Shown here: positions 21,185-32,760 of the stretch, in pieces
Numbering within the stretch: position 1 is the stretch's first letter
Layout: every line of letters starts with the position of its first letter
Origin: an uncultured Chloroflexia bacterium
GTDB lineage: Bacteria; Chloroflexota; Limnocylindria; Limnocylindrales; CSP1-4
Direction: 5' to 3'
Length of the DNA: 64,000 bases
Assembly (NCBI GenBank): GCA_963833225.1
Contig: CAWHXD010000007.1
Span: forward strand, 384,001 to 448,000
Program-made: the position numbers and the translations under genes
The notes under the pieces: generated by a model
What the model saw: the letters and a program-made list of their open reading frames with translations, nothing else
What the model was told of the DNA's origin: nothing
The model's database searches: none

Positions 21185-21985
21185 ATGCCGGATCTGCCCT
21201 TCCCCGACCTCCCTGAGCTGCTGGACAAGGTCCCGGATACCCTCCGGGTCCTGATGGCGGTCGGGCTGGTGGGGCTCCTGGTCATCCTCCGGCTCGACGC
21301 CGAGCGGTTCAACGCGGCCGAGTACGACGACATCGATCGCTGGGGTCGCCCGCCGTCGCTGCTCCGGAGGCTGGCGTGGTACTTCCTCGGCATCGGCGGC
21401 ATCCTGCTGGTGCTCGAGCTCCACCCGGCCCCCGCCACCGAGCTCTACCTCACGCTTGGAGACCGTCTCGGGACGGTGATCCTGGGCCTGGCCTATGGGT
21501 CGATTGGCGTGGCCGTGGCCGTGGGCATCGCGCTGCTCCGCTACCGGCGCGTGCGCTTCCCTCCCGTGTCGCTGTACCCGGCCAAGCTGACCAACGCCAT
21601 CGCGACGGCGTTCGTGGACGAGGCGGTGTTCCGCGGGGCGGTGTTCGGGTTCCTGGTGCTGACCTCGATGGATGCCAACCTTGCGAACGTCACCCAGGCG
21701 CTGCTGTACGCGCTGGCGACGCGGCTCGGGGCGCCGGGCCGGCCGTGGTACATGCTGGTGACGGTCCTGGTGATCGGCCTCGCCGGCGGCTGGCTGACGG
21801 GGATCACCGGCGGCATCGGCGCGGCGTTCCTGGGCCATGCCATCACCCGGATCGCCATCTTCCTGACCACCGGCCACGCCGCCATCCCGAAGGCGCGCGG
21901 AACCGAGGAGGAGGAGGTCGAGCGGCGGCGCCAGACCCCCGAGGGCTGGCAGGTGCTTGGCCCGCGCGAGGCGGGCGACCGCTGA
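21185..21985 (+). CDS. CPBP/Abi-like intramembrane protein with divergent catalytic motifs
   Basis: Multi-TM protein with DEAVFRG and GHAITR. Confidence 0.65.
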   Translation: MPDLPFPDLPELLDKVPDTLRVLMAVGLVGLLVILRLDAERFNAAEYDDIDRWGRPPSLLRRLAWYFLGIGGILLVLELHPAPATELYLTLGDRLGTVILGLAYGSIGVAVAVGIALLRYRRVRFPPVSLYPAKLTNAIATAFVDEAVFRGAVFGFLVLTSMDANLANVTQALLYALATRLGAPGRPWYMLVTVLVIGLAGGWLTGITGGIGAAFLGHAITRIAIFLTTGHAAIPKARGTEEEEVERRRQTPEGWQVLGPREAGDR

Positions 21986-23271
21986 CCAGCGTCCTGCCCG
22001 ACCCTGCTGGCGGAGCGCGATCCGACCCGGCACCGGAGATCCGACCGCCGGTCGCGCTCTACGTCCATGTCCCGTTCTGCGTGTCGCTCTGCCCGTACTG
22101 CGACTTCGTCGTGTACGCGGGGGCTGCCGCCCGGGGTCCCCGCGACCGCGTCCCCGCCTTCGTCGGTGCCCTCAAGACCGAGATCGCGCTCCGCGCCGAC
22201 GCGCTCGACGCCACGTTCGGGGTGCCGGGCACCGCTGGTGGACGGCCGCCGCTCGAGACCCTGTACCTGGGGGGTGGAACGCCGACGCTGCTGCCCGCCG
22301 CGGCGATCACCGATGTGCTGGACCTGGTGCGAGCCCGCTTCGGGCTCGCGGACGGTGCCGAGGTCACGATCGAGTCCAACCCCGGTCCCGACGAGCGGGG
22401 CGATGCCGGGCCGCTGGTCGCGGCCGGGATCACCCGGTTGTCGCTCGGGGCGCAGTCGTTCGACGATGCCCTGCTCCGGCGGCTCGGACGCCGCCACCGG
22501 GCATCCGACGTCGTCGATGCCGTGGCCGAGGCCCGGGCGGCGGGCGTTCCGTCCGTGTCGATCGACCTGCTGTACGACGTACCCGGGCAGTCGCCCGACG
22601 GGTGGGCCTCGACCGTCGATGCGGCCATCGACCTCGGCGTTGACCACGTCTCGGCGTACGCGCTGACCCTCGACGATCCGGACGCGGAGGGCCTGACCGG
22701 CCCGACCGGCGACCACCTGCCGACCCGCCCGGGCGCCCGGCGCTGGCGGGTCGCCGCCGCGGCGGCGCAGGATGAGGACCGCGCGGCGGCGCAGTACCGG
22801 GTCGCGGTCGATCGCCTTGGAGGCGCCGGTTTCCGGGGCTACGAGATCTCCAACTGGGCGCGTGCCGGGCACGAAAGCCGCCACAACCTCGTCTACTGGC
22901 AGCGCCGGCCGTACGAGGCCGTTGGCCCGGGGGCACACGCGTTCGACGGGGTCACGCGGCGCTGGAACGCGGCTCGCCTGGACCCCTATCTCCGCGCGCT
23001 GGCTGCCGGGGACCACGAGCGACGGGGGCTCCCACCTGGCGGGGAGGAGGTTCTCGATCCAGCCGCCGCGGCGGTGGAAGCGGTGATCCTCGGGCTTCGG
23101 CTGGACACCGGGATCGCGCTCGAGGAGGTGTCGCGAGGTCCGCTTGCGGCCCACCTTGCCTGGGCGACCGCGGCGGGCCTGCTCGAGACGGCCGCGGGTC
23201 CGCCTCCGCGGATCCGGCTCACCACCCGCGGGCGGCTCCTGTCCAACGAGCTGTTCGTGCGCCTGACCTGA
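21982..23271 (+). CDS. hemW: Radical SAM heme chaperone HemW (HemN-like)
   Basis: LYVHVPFCVSLCPYCDF, YLGGGTP, YEISNW, SRHNLVYW; start uncertain (in-frame CTG overlapping the upstream stop). Confidence 0.9.
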   Translation: MTSVLPDPAGGARSDPAPEIRPPVALYVHVPFCVSLCPYCDFVVYAGAAARGPRDRVPAFVGALKTEIALRADALDATFGVPGTAGGRPPLETLYLGGGTPTLLPAAAITDVLDLVRARFGLADGAEVTIESNPGPDERGDAGPLVAAGITRLSLGAQSFDDALLRRLGRRHRASDVVDAVAEARAAGVPSVSIDLLYDVPGQSPDGWASTVDAAIDLGVDHVSAYALTLDDPDAEGLTGPTGDHLPTRPGARRWRVAAAAAQDEDRAAAQYRVAVDRLGGAGFRGYEISNWARAGHESRHNLVYWQRRPYEAVGPGAHAFDGVTRRWNAARLDPYLRALAAGDHERRGLPPGGEEVLDPAAAAVEAVILGLRLDTGIALEEVSRGPLAAHLAWATAAGLLETAAGPPPRIRLTTRGRLLSNELFVRLT

Positions 23272-23397
23272 GGGCGCCGGCCGCCCCGCGCGGGCCGCGT
23301 TTCCCGGGGGCGCCTTGAGCGACCGTGCATAATCAGCCGACGGCCACTGCCGCCGGGGACGAGGCCGAGCGCCGGGCGGCGCCGGCCGAGGGACGGG

Positions 23398-25452
23398 ATG
23401 GTGGACAAGCACGTGCAGCGGGCCGGTGATGGCGATGGACGCGCGATTCGCGTGATCATCGTCGAGGATCGCCCGACCGACGCCGAGCTCATCGTGCTGC
23501 AGCTGCAGGGCGCGGGCTATGACCCGATCGTGGAGCTCGTTGAGACGAGAGAGGGCCTGGTCGCCGCGCTCGGTTCGAACCCAGATCTCGTGCTGTCCGA
23601 CTGGAGCCTCCCCGCGTTCAGCGGCCTGGAGGCGCTCGCGACGGTCCGCTCGCGGTCCGCCGACCTTCCGTTCATCCTCGTGTCTGGCAGCATCGGCGAG
23701 GAGGCCGCGGTCGATGCGCTCCGTGCCGGTGCAGACGACTACATTCTCAAGGATCGGATGGTGCGTCTCGGGCCGGCCGTGCACCGGGCCCTCGACGCCC
23801 GTGTGCAGCGTGCCGACAAGCGGCGGCTCGAGTTCGAGTCGCAGCGGCTGTCGAGCGCCATCGAGCAGGCGCACGAGGCGGTGATCATCACCGACGCGGA
23901 GCCCCAGATCCTGTACGTGAACCCCGCGTTCGAGCGGATCACGGGCTTCACCCGGGGCGAGGTCATCGGCCAGAACCCGAGGATCATCCAGGGTGGGACG
24001 CATCCGCCGTCGTTCTACCGGGCCATGTGGGCGGCGCTTGGTGCGGGCGAGCCCTGGGTCGCCGAGTTCATCAACCGGAGCAAGGATGGCTCGACGTTCC
24101 TGATGCGCGCGAACATCTCGCCGATCGTCGATCAAGATGGGTCGATCGCGAGCTACGTCTCCGTCGGGCACGACATCACCCGCGAGCGCGAGCTCGAGGA
24201 TGTCGCCGCCAGGTTCGCCCGCGAGCGAGCGCTCATCGCGGAGACGCTCGCCCGGCTGCCCGCTCGCGGGACCGCGGACGACGTTGCCGAGGCCATCTGC
24301 CGGCAGGTCGTCACCCTCTCGGGGCTGGGCGCCGCCGCCCTCGTCCAGTTCGATCACGAGGGATCTGCCACACCCCTCGCCCTGGTCTCCGAGGATGGCG
24401 AGCCGCAGCCGCAGCACCGGCTCTCGATCGGGCGCAGCGAGCACCTCCGCGGTCGTGCGCTGGAAGGGCCGTGGGTCGAGGCGTTCTCGCCTGACGCCGC
24501 AGGGCCGTATCGCGAGCTCCACACCCGCCTCGGAACGTCGGCGCTTGCCGAGGCTCCGGTTCGGTACGCGGGCGCGCTGGTCGGCATGCTCGCGGCATTC
24601 GCTTCGGGGGCCGAGGGCGCCGCTCGGCTGACGGAGGCGCTCCCGGCGCTGCTTGAGTTCGCCGACCTTGCCGGGATCATCGTCGGCCAGGAGATGGCGG
24701 TGCGAACCGATGCCGGCCGCGTTCGCGGCCGGATCCGCGCCGTCATCGACGACGCTGCCTTCCACCCTGTGTACCAGCCGATCGTGGACCTGGCCACGCA
24801 TGCCATCGTGGGCTACGAGGCGCTGACCCGGTTCGCCTCGGGTGAACGACCCGACCTCGTGTTCGCCGAGGCATGGTCGGTGGGCCTTGGCCCCGACCTC
24901 GAGATTGCCACGCTGCGTGTCGCCGTCGAGACGGCGGCCGCGCTCCCCCCGGACCGATGGCTGAGCGTCAACCTGTCGCCGGGGTTGCTGGTCGCGCATC
25001 CGGATCTCTCGCGGGTGATCCACGCGAGCGGTCGGGCGATCGTCGCCGAGATCACCGAGCATGAGACCGTCGCCGACTACGATCAACTGCGGACCGCTGT
25101 TCGCCGGATCGGCCCCGACACGCGACTCGCGGTGGATGACGCCGGCGCCGGCGTCGCCAACTTCGCCCACATCATCGACCTGCGGGCTGACTTCGTGAAG
25201 ATCGACATCGGGCTCGTCCGGGATATCGACCGCGATGTCGGCCGCCAGGCCATGATGGTCGGCATGCGCCATTTCGCGCACACCGCCGGCTGCAGGCTGA
25301 TCGCCGAGGGGATCGAGACGCAGGCGGAATCGGACACCGTCGCGGCGCTCGGCGCGGAGCTCGGCCAGGGGTACCTGCTTGGGCGCCCCGAACCGATCGA
25401 ACGCTGGGTTGTCGGTGGCGCGGACGTGAGGCCGGGGCCGGCGACAGGTTGA
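23398..25452 (+). CDS. REC-PAS-(GAF-like)-EAL c-di-GMP phosphodiesterase
   Basis: Receiver IVED..LSDW..YILK; PAS YVNPAFERITG; EAL YQPIVDL, YEALTRF, EITE, VDDAGAG, KID, AEGIE, QGYL; no GGDEF. Confidence 0.88.
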   Translation: MVDKHVQRAGDGDGRAIRVIIVEDRPTDAELIVLQLQGAGYDPIVELVETREGLVAALGSNPDLVLSDWSLPAFSGLEALATVRSRSADLPFILVSGSIGEEAAVDALRAGADDYILKDRMVRLGPAVHRALDARVQRADKRRLEFESQRLSSAIEQAHEAVIITDAEPQILYVNPAFERITGFTRGEVIGQNPRIIQGGTHPPSFYRAMWAALGAGEPWVAEFINRSKDGSTFLMRANISPIVDQDGSIASYVSVGHDITRERELEDVAARFARERALIAETLARLPARGTADDVAEAICRQVVTLSGLGAAALVQFDHEGSATPLALVSEDGEPQPQHRLSIGRSEHLRGRALEGPWVEAFSPDAAGPYRELHTRLGTSALAEAPVRYAGALVGMLAAFASGAEGAARLTEALPALLEFADLAGIIVGQEMAVRTDAGRVRGRIRAVIDDAAFHPVYQPIVDLATHAIVGYEALTRFASGERPDLVFAEAWSVGLGPDLEIATLRVAVETAAALPPDRWLSVNLSPGLLVAHPDLSRVIHASGRAIVAEITEHETVADYDQLRTAVRRIGPDTRLAVDDAGAGVANFAHIIDLRADFVKIDIGLVRDIDRDVGRQAMMVGMRHFAHTAGCRLIAEGIETQAESDTVAALGAELGQGYLLGRPEPIERWVVGGADVRPGPATG

Positions 25453-25455
25453 GCG

Positions 25456-27744
25456 TCAGCTGGGACTCGTGGATGGCGGCGAGGCCCCTCGAGGTGCGCC
25501 TGTCCGACCGGGCCGTCGCCCATGTCGTGATCCACCGTCCTCCGCGGCGGGCAGGTGCAGGCTGAACGTGCTGCCGGACCCGGGTGTCGAGTCGAGATGG
25601 ATGTCGCCGCCCATGGCGCGGGCGGCCTTCCGGGCGATGGCGAGCCCGATCCCCGTCCCGGCGAACGCCGCCTCCGTGTGCAGCCGCGTGAACACGTCGA
25701 ACACCCGCTCATGGTCCTGGGCCTCGATCCCAAGCCCGTTGTCGGCCACGCTGATGATCACCTGGCCGTCGTCGCGCCGGCTGTCGATCGCCACGCGGGG
25801 TCCGACACCGTCCCGGTGGTAGGTGAGCGCATTCGACACCAGGTTGAGCAGCGCCTGCTCGACCAGCGTCGGGTCACCGAGCGGCGTGGCTGCGAGCCCG
25901 TCGGCGTCGAGGCAGGTATCGGGATCGGTGAGCTGCCGCTCGAACGTCCGGCGCAGGCGTGCCACGATCGGTTCGAGCGCCACCGGTTCACTCCGTGCGG
26001 CCTCGCGTCCCAGCCGGGAGTAGGCGAGCAGGTCCTCGATGAGCTGTTCCATCTGCCCGCTGGCCACGACGATGTTGTCGAGGAAGTGACGGCCCTCGTC
26101 GTCCAACACGTCGGCGTGCCGGCTGACGAGGATCTGCGAGAAGCCCGAGATTGCCCGCAGCGGCGCCCGGAGGTCGTGCGAGACAGAGCGGGTATATGCC
26201 TCGAGCTCGCCGTTGGCCACCTCCAGCTTGGCGGTCCGGTCCCTGACCCGCTCCTCGAGCTCCTCGGTGAGGCGGTGCAGCGCCGCCTCCGCCTGCTTGC
26301 GTTTGGTGATATCCCGGAGGATGAAGTGGATCGAGACGCTGCCGTGATCCTCGAACGGCGCGGATGCGACCTCGACGTCCACCTCCGACCCATCGTCGCG
26401 GATGATGCGCCGCTCGACGGGCGCGTCGACGACGGCCGTGTCGCGCAGCGACCGGATTCGCTCACGGACCTCGGCGTGATCCTCGGGGTGGAACAGCTGG
26501 TAGGGGTTCCTGCCCACGAGGTCCTGCCCGCCGACGGCGCCGAACAGCGCGACGGCAGCGTCGTTGGCGAGGACGATCCGGTCGTCGCGATCGATCAGGA
26601 TCGCGTCCGGCGCGTGTCCGACCAGTCCCTGGTACCGGTCCACCGTCTCGTGCAGCTCGAGATCGGATGCCCGGAGATCCTCGACGATGCTGAGCAACGC
26701 GCGTCGCGATGCAGACGCCTCCCGGAGGAGCCTGGCCATCGCGGCCTCGGCCGCGCGCGCCTGCTCCTCGGCGAGGCGCAGCGACGTGATGTCCGTGTGC
26801 GTGCCGAGCATCCGCACGGGCACCCCATGCGGATCTCGCTCCACGATCTCGCCCACGGACAGGATCCACCTCCAGGTCCCGTCCGCCATCCGCTGCCGGA
26901 ACTCGGCCCGGTAGCTCGACCGGCGGCCGGCGACGTAGTCCGCGTAGGCGGTCTCGACGCGCTCCCGGTCGTCGGGGTGAAGCCGGTTGAGCCCGTCGGC
27001 GTGGGTCTCGTGAAACGTCCCCGGGTCGTGGCCAAGCCTCCGGGCATAGTCGTCGCTGACCCGCGCCTGGCCCGTCCGCAGGTCATGGTCGTAGATGCCC
27101 TGGCCGGCAGCCTTGAGCGCCAGCCGCAGCCGTTCCTCGCTCGAGCGCAGCGCGGCATCCGCGTCCTCGCGCCGGAGACTGCCAAGCAGGAGCCCGCCGA
27201 GCGCTGCCGTCGCCGCGGGGTTGATCACGATGACGGGGACGGCGATGGCGCGAAGGACCCTGGCCGCCGTGTCCCACGGCAATGTGAGCATGAGGACCAG
27301 CATCACCACGTGGACGGCGATTCCCAGGGCGTACAGCTCCCGGATCGGGATGGCCGAGAGGCGGCCGCCGCGCAGGCGCCGCCAGGCGATGCCGATCAGC
27401 CCGGAAGCGATGATGACGGCGACCCCGACGCCCGCCGCCGCCCCACCTTGGGACAACCGGAGTGCCGCGGTCATCGCCATGGCGATCAGCGTCGGGATCC
27501 CCCCGAACACGAGCCCGGAGACCGCCAGCAGCACCGAGCGGGTGTCGAACACGATGCCCGGGCTGAACACCCACGGTGTGAGCATGATCATCACGCCGAC
27601 CGACCCGACCAGGAGGCCGAGCAGCACAAGCCCCAGCCGATCACGGGCGAGCGTCCGGTGGGCGGAGGCCACCTCGTAGATCCCCGCGAACCCCAGGAGG
27701 AGAGCGGCGTTCTGGATCAGCGGCAGGAACGGGAGGTCAGTCAT
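25456..27744 (-). CDS. 5TM (LytS/YhcK-type)-PAS-PAS histidine kinase
   Basis: PGIVFDTRS 5TM motif; two PAS domains; SHDLRAPLR H-box, NLVSNAL, DNGLGI, GTGIGLAI. Confidence 0.9.
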   Translation of the reverse strand: MTDLPFLPLIQNAALLLGFAGIYEVASAHRTLARDRLGLVLLGLLVGSVGVMIMLTPWVFSPGIVFDTRSVLLAVSGLVFGGIPTLIAMAMTAALRLSQGGAAAGVGVAVIIASGLIGIAWRRLRGGRLSAIPIRELYALGIAVHVVMLVLMLTLPWDTAARVLRAIAVPVIVINPAATAALGGLLLGSLRREDADAALRSSEERLRLALKAAGQGIYDHDLRTGQARVSDDYARRLGHDPGTFHETHADGLNRLHPDDRERVETAYADYVAGRRSSYRAEFRQRMADGTWRWILSVGEIVERDPHGVPVRMLGTHTDITSLRLAEEQARAAEAAMARLLREASASRRALLSIVEDLRASDLELHETVDRYQGLVGHAPDAILIDRDDRIVLANDAAVALFGAVGGQDLVGRNPYQLFHPEDHAEVRERIRSLRDTAVVDAPVERRIIRDDGSEVDVEVASAPFEDHGSVSIHFILRDITKRKQAEAALHRLTEELEERVRDRTAKLEVANGELEAYTRSVSHDLRAPLRAISGFSQILVSRHADVLDDEGRHFLDNIVVASGQMEQLIEDLLAYSRLGREAARSEPVALEPIVARLRRTFERQLTDPDTCLDADGLAATPLGDPTLVEQALLNLVSNALTYHRDGVGPRVAIDSRRDDGQVIISVADNGLGIEAQDHERVFDVFTRLHTEAAFAGTGIGLAIARKAARAMGGDIHLDSTPGSGSTFSLHLPAAEDGGSRHGRRPGRTGAPRGASPPSTSPS

Positions 27745-28630
27745 CAGCCGGACCGTCCTGCTCCTCGCCCGCGTACCGCCGAGCGCGGCCGAGCACCATC
27801 AGCAGCTCGTTGACCTCCTGCTTGAGCGCGATGATCCGGTCCTCGCGGTCGCTGGCCGCGACGCTCCATCGGTGGAGCTCGTCCAGCCGCTCCAGCAACG
27901 CCGCGTCCGCGCTCCGGCGCTCGGTGATGTCCCGCACGATGCTCTGCCGGAACCGTTGTCCATCGATCTCGAGCGAGCGCGTGCTGACCTCGACCGGGAA
28001 CGTGGTTCCGTCTCGACGCCGATGTGTCGTCTCGAATTGGGCACCGCCGGGATCCTCCGCGGCTGCCATGTCGCGGTCAATCGCCGCCCGGGCCTCGGGC
28101 GTGCGCAGGTCCAGCACGTCCATCCCGAGCAGCTCATCGCGCGGGTATCCATAGGCGGCCAGGGCAGCCTCGTTCGCCTCGATGATGCGGCCCGACGGAT
28201 CCGCCAGCAGGAAGACGTCGCGGGCCAGGGCGAACAGCTGGTCAAACCGCCGCGCGGCAGCTGCACGCTCCTGCACCGCGTCGCGCAGCCGTCGGAGAAG
28301 CCGGCGCTGGCGATCCACGAACAACAGCCCGGCGAGGCCCACGGCGACGATCGTCGCCAGGATAGCCAGCGCCAGGACGACTCCGGCCCGAACGAGGGCG
28401 GCCGCCGTCCCCTCCGGGACGTCCAGGTCCCGCGTGCCCACGTACGTCGCACCGGCGATGGCTGCGGCCGCAATCGCCACGGCCACGACCATGAGTACCA
28501 GGCGGCGCCGGGACGGGCGGTGCGGGGACGGGCGGCGCGCCGCGGCCTGGCCCGGGACACTTCGCGCTTCGCGAGACTGGGATGGTGGCGCGCGGCGGTC
28601 GGTCACGACAATGGCCATGGCGGTGTTCAC
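27737..28630 (-). CDS. Membrane-anchored PAS protein with a C-terminal coiled coil and no output domain
   Basis: Two TM helices, PAS (EANEAA..YGYPRDELLG, RRDGTTFPVEVS, RDITER), tail DREDRIIALKQEVNELL; start uncertain. Confidence 0.75.
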   Translation of the reverse strand: MNTAMAIVVTDRRAPPSQSREARSVPGQAAARRPSPHRPSRRRLVLMVVAVAIAAAAIAGATYVGTRDLDVPEGTAAALVRAGVVLALAILATIVAVGLAGLLFVDRQRRLLRRLRDAVQERAAAARRFDQLFALARDVFLLADPSGRIIEANEAALAAYGYPRDELLGMDVLDLRTPEARAAIDRDMAAAEDPGGAQFETTHRRRDGTTFPVEVSTRSLEIDGQRFRQSIVRDITERRSADAALLERLDELHRWSVAASDREDRIIALKQEVNELLMVLGRARRYAGEEQDGPADD

Positions 28631-28673
28631 GGGTGGTGAACGACCCTAGGGTACGCCTCGGCGTAACCCCCCC

Positions 28674-28702
28674 TTGCGTGTGGAACAGGCGATTGCTAGA
28701 CT
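28674..28702 (+). promoter_or_regulatory. sigma70 promoter of hrcA-grpE-dnaK
   Basis: TTGCGT-N17-TAGACT just upstream of CIRCE. Confidence 0.7.
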
Positions 28703-28715
28703 GCCAGCAACACTG

Positions 28716-28742
28716 TTGGCACTCTCAAGGTGCGAGTGCTAA
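28716..28742. promoter_or_regulatory. CIRCE element (HrcA operator)
   Basis: TTGGCACTC-N9-GAGTGCTAA, one mismatch from the TTAGCACTC-N9-GAGTGCTAA consensus. Confidence 0.95.
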
Positions 28743-28760
28743 CCAACGCAGGAGAGCCCC

Positions 28761-29825
28761 ATGGCGCGTCGCGTGCGTCGCTCCAGCGGCCCCCTTGATC
28801 TTCGCTCCCAGGCGATCCTTCGGGCCGTCATCGAGGAATATGTCACCACCGCGCAGCCCGTGGGCAGTCATGCCCTGGTGGAGCGCTACCGGCTCGGGGT
28901 GTCGAGCGCGACGGTTCGCGCTGTCCTCGCGGAGCTCGAGGCGGCCGGCCTGCTCATGCACCCGCACACGTCGGCCGGCCGCGTTCCCACCGAGCACGGC
29001 TACCGGTACTACGTCGAATCCATCGTGGAGTCGGTGCCGCTGCCGCCGGTTGAGCAGCTGATGATCCGCCACCAGTTCGGCCAGGTCGAGTACGCGAGCG
29101 AGCACTGGTTCCGCCTGGCGGCAACCACCCTTGCTTCCGTGACCCGCGCCGCGGGGCTCGCGACGCCGGCCAAGCCGAGCGCGGCCCACCTGCGGCGTCT
29201 CGACCTGGTGAGCATCTCGGACCGTCTCGCCAGCCTGATCCTCGTCCTCCGTGAGGGGGCGCTCAAGCAGGTTCTCGTGACGCTCGATCACCCCGTCGAC
29301 CAGGAGCTGCTGTCGTCGGTCGCCAACCAGCTCAACGAGCTGCTCGACAACGACACGGCAGACGAGGCGGAAACCGCCCTCGCCGCGCTCGATGCCGAGG
29401 ATCCCGCCACCGACCTGCCGCGACGCGTCGGCGAGCGTGTTGTCCGAGCGCTGCAGGAATTCGACGGGGCCGCCATCGAGGAGCTGTTCAGCGACGGCCT
29501 GCTCAACGTGATGGCCGCACCCGAGTTCGCGCAGAGCGAGAAGCTGCGCCGCGTCTTTGCGGCCCTCGAGAACCGCGCCTATCTCGCGGAGCTCATCGGC
29601 GGCGTCGCCGGGAGTGGCCGCATCTGTGTCTTCATCGGCTCCGAGAACCCGGCCGAGGAGATGGCGGACGTCTCCCTGGTGCTCGCCCCGTACGGGCGGC
29701 CGGGCCACGCCGTGGGCGTGGTCGGCGTCCTGGGCCCAACGCGCATGGCCTACCCCCACGCCATCGGCACGGTCCGCTTCGTGTCCGGGCTGATGAACGA
29801 GCTCATCGACCACCTCTATGCCTGA
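28761..29825 (+). CDS. hrcA: Heat-inducible transcription repressor HrcA
   Basis: PVGS, SSATVR, PHTSAGRVPT..GYRYYV, GVLGPTRMAY. Confidence 0.97.
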   Translation: MARRVRRSSGPLDLRSQAILRAVIEEYVTTAQPVGSHALVERYRLGVSSATVRAVLAELEAAGLLMHPHTSAGRVPTEHGYRYYVESIVESVPLPPVEQLMIRHQFGQVEYASEHWFRLAATTLASVTRAAGLATPAKPSAAHLRRLDLVSISDRLASLILVLREGALKQVLVTLDHPVDQELLSSVANQLNELLDNDTADEAETALAALDAEDPATDLPRRVGERVVRALQEFDGAAIEELFSDGLLNVMAAPEFAQSEKLRRVFAALENRAYLAELIGGVAGSGRICVFIGSENPAEEMADVSLVLAPYGRPGHAVGVVGVLGPTRMAYPHAIGTVRFVSGLMNELIDHLYA

Positions 29826-30426
29826 CGACCACGCCCCTGCGACCCGGAGATCCATGAACCGCAAGACCCGCGCCCAGGAGCGCGCGGACGAGATCGACAT
29901 CTCGCCCGGTGCCCTCCTCGAACAGCTCGAGGCCGCAAAGGCCGAGAAGGACGATGCCGTCGCCAAGGCGGACGAGTACCTCGGCGCGCTCCAGCGGGAG
30001 CGGGCGGAGTTCGTCAACTTCAAGCGCCGGACCGCCGAGGAGCGCCAGCGGGACCTGGGGCTCGCCGGTGTCGACCTCATCTCCAAGGTGATCAACCTGG
30101 CCGACGACTTCGACCGGGCGATCGAGACCCGACCCCCCGACCTCGCCGACAACGCCTGGGCCGAGGGTGTCACCGCCATCGACCGCAAGCTCCGGCTCCT
30201 CCTCGAGAGCGAGGGCGTCAGCGCCATCGACGCTTCGCCGGGAATCCCGTTCGACCCCCGCGAGCACGAAGCCGTCGTGAGCGTGCCGGGCACGGGCCGC
30301 GCCGAGGGCGAGATCGTCGACGAGGTCCGCCGCGGCTACCGGCTCCGCGACCGGGTGATCCGGCCCGCGCTCGTCGCGGTCGCCGCGGCCGGCGACGACG
30401 CCGCACCGACCGGCCCACCCAACTAG
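29818..30426 (+). CDS. grpE: Nucleotide exchange factor GrpE
   Basis: AEFVNFKRR, FDPREHEAV, GYRLRDRVIRPALVAV. Confidence 0.96.
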   Translation: MPDDHAPATRRSMNRKTRAQERADEIDISPGALLEQLEAAKAEKDDAVAKADEYLGALQRERAEFVNFKRRTAEERQRDLGLAGVDLISKVINLADDFDRAIETRPPDLADNAWAEGVTAIDRKLRLLLESEGVSAIDASPGIPFDPREHEAVVSVPGTGRAEGEIVDEVRRGYRLRDRVIRPALVAVAAAGDDAAPTGPPN

Positions 30427-30492
30427 GCAACCCCAACCAGGCAGCTCCAACTTCGATTTCGACCCGACACCAGCGACCAGGAGACACCCCGA

Positions 30493-32430
<1,938 letters not shown>

Positions 32431-32474
32431 CCGCTGGCGGGCATCCCAAGTCGCCCTCCGCCCAAGTTCCTACG

Positions 32475-32504
32475 CGACCGCCGGCAGCTCGCCGGCGGTC
32501 GTTT
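32475..32504 (+). terminator. Probable terminator hairpin after dnaK
   Basis: CGACCGCCGGC-AGCTC-GCCGGCGGTCG followed by TTT. Confidence 0.65.
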
Positions 32505-32760
32505 GCGGTCTCGCGCTCACGTGCTCCGCCGGGCCCCAGCCGCCGCGATCCGCCGGGCGCCGGCCGCCCAAACGGTCGCGCGGTACGACGATGTGGGCGC
32601 CGGGAGCCGCAGCTGTTCACAGCGGGTTGCCGGGCGTAACAGGCCGGGCGCCTGACGCCCGCATCGACCCGGCACGCGCTCGTTCGATCGGCGGGCGCCC
32701 AAAGTGGCCCTTGCGGCCCGGGGCCATAATCGTTGGGCGCCACAGCGGAGGAGTCCCTCG

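Noticed and set aside
21147-21185. 12-codon [15 protein letters not shown] bridging lepA and the CPBP gene
   Set aside because: Too short to support; may be chance or a frameshifted N-terminus
23272-23286. 15-bp match GGGCGCCGGCCGCCC also present near 32555
   Set aside because: All-GC word, expected by chance at this composition
21541-25281. Very long antisense or overlapping ORFs (1246 aa here; also 19328..22033, 3979..6555, 29803..32046)
   Set aside because: Shadow frames of well-supported genes in high-GC DNA, with no recognisable motifs
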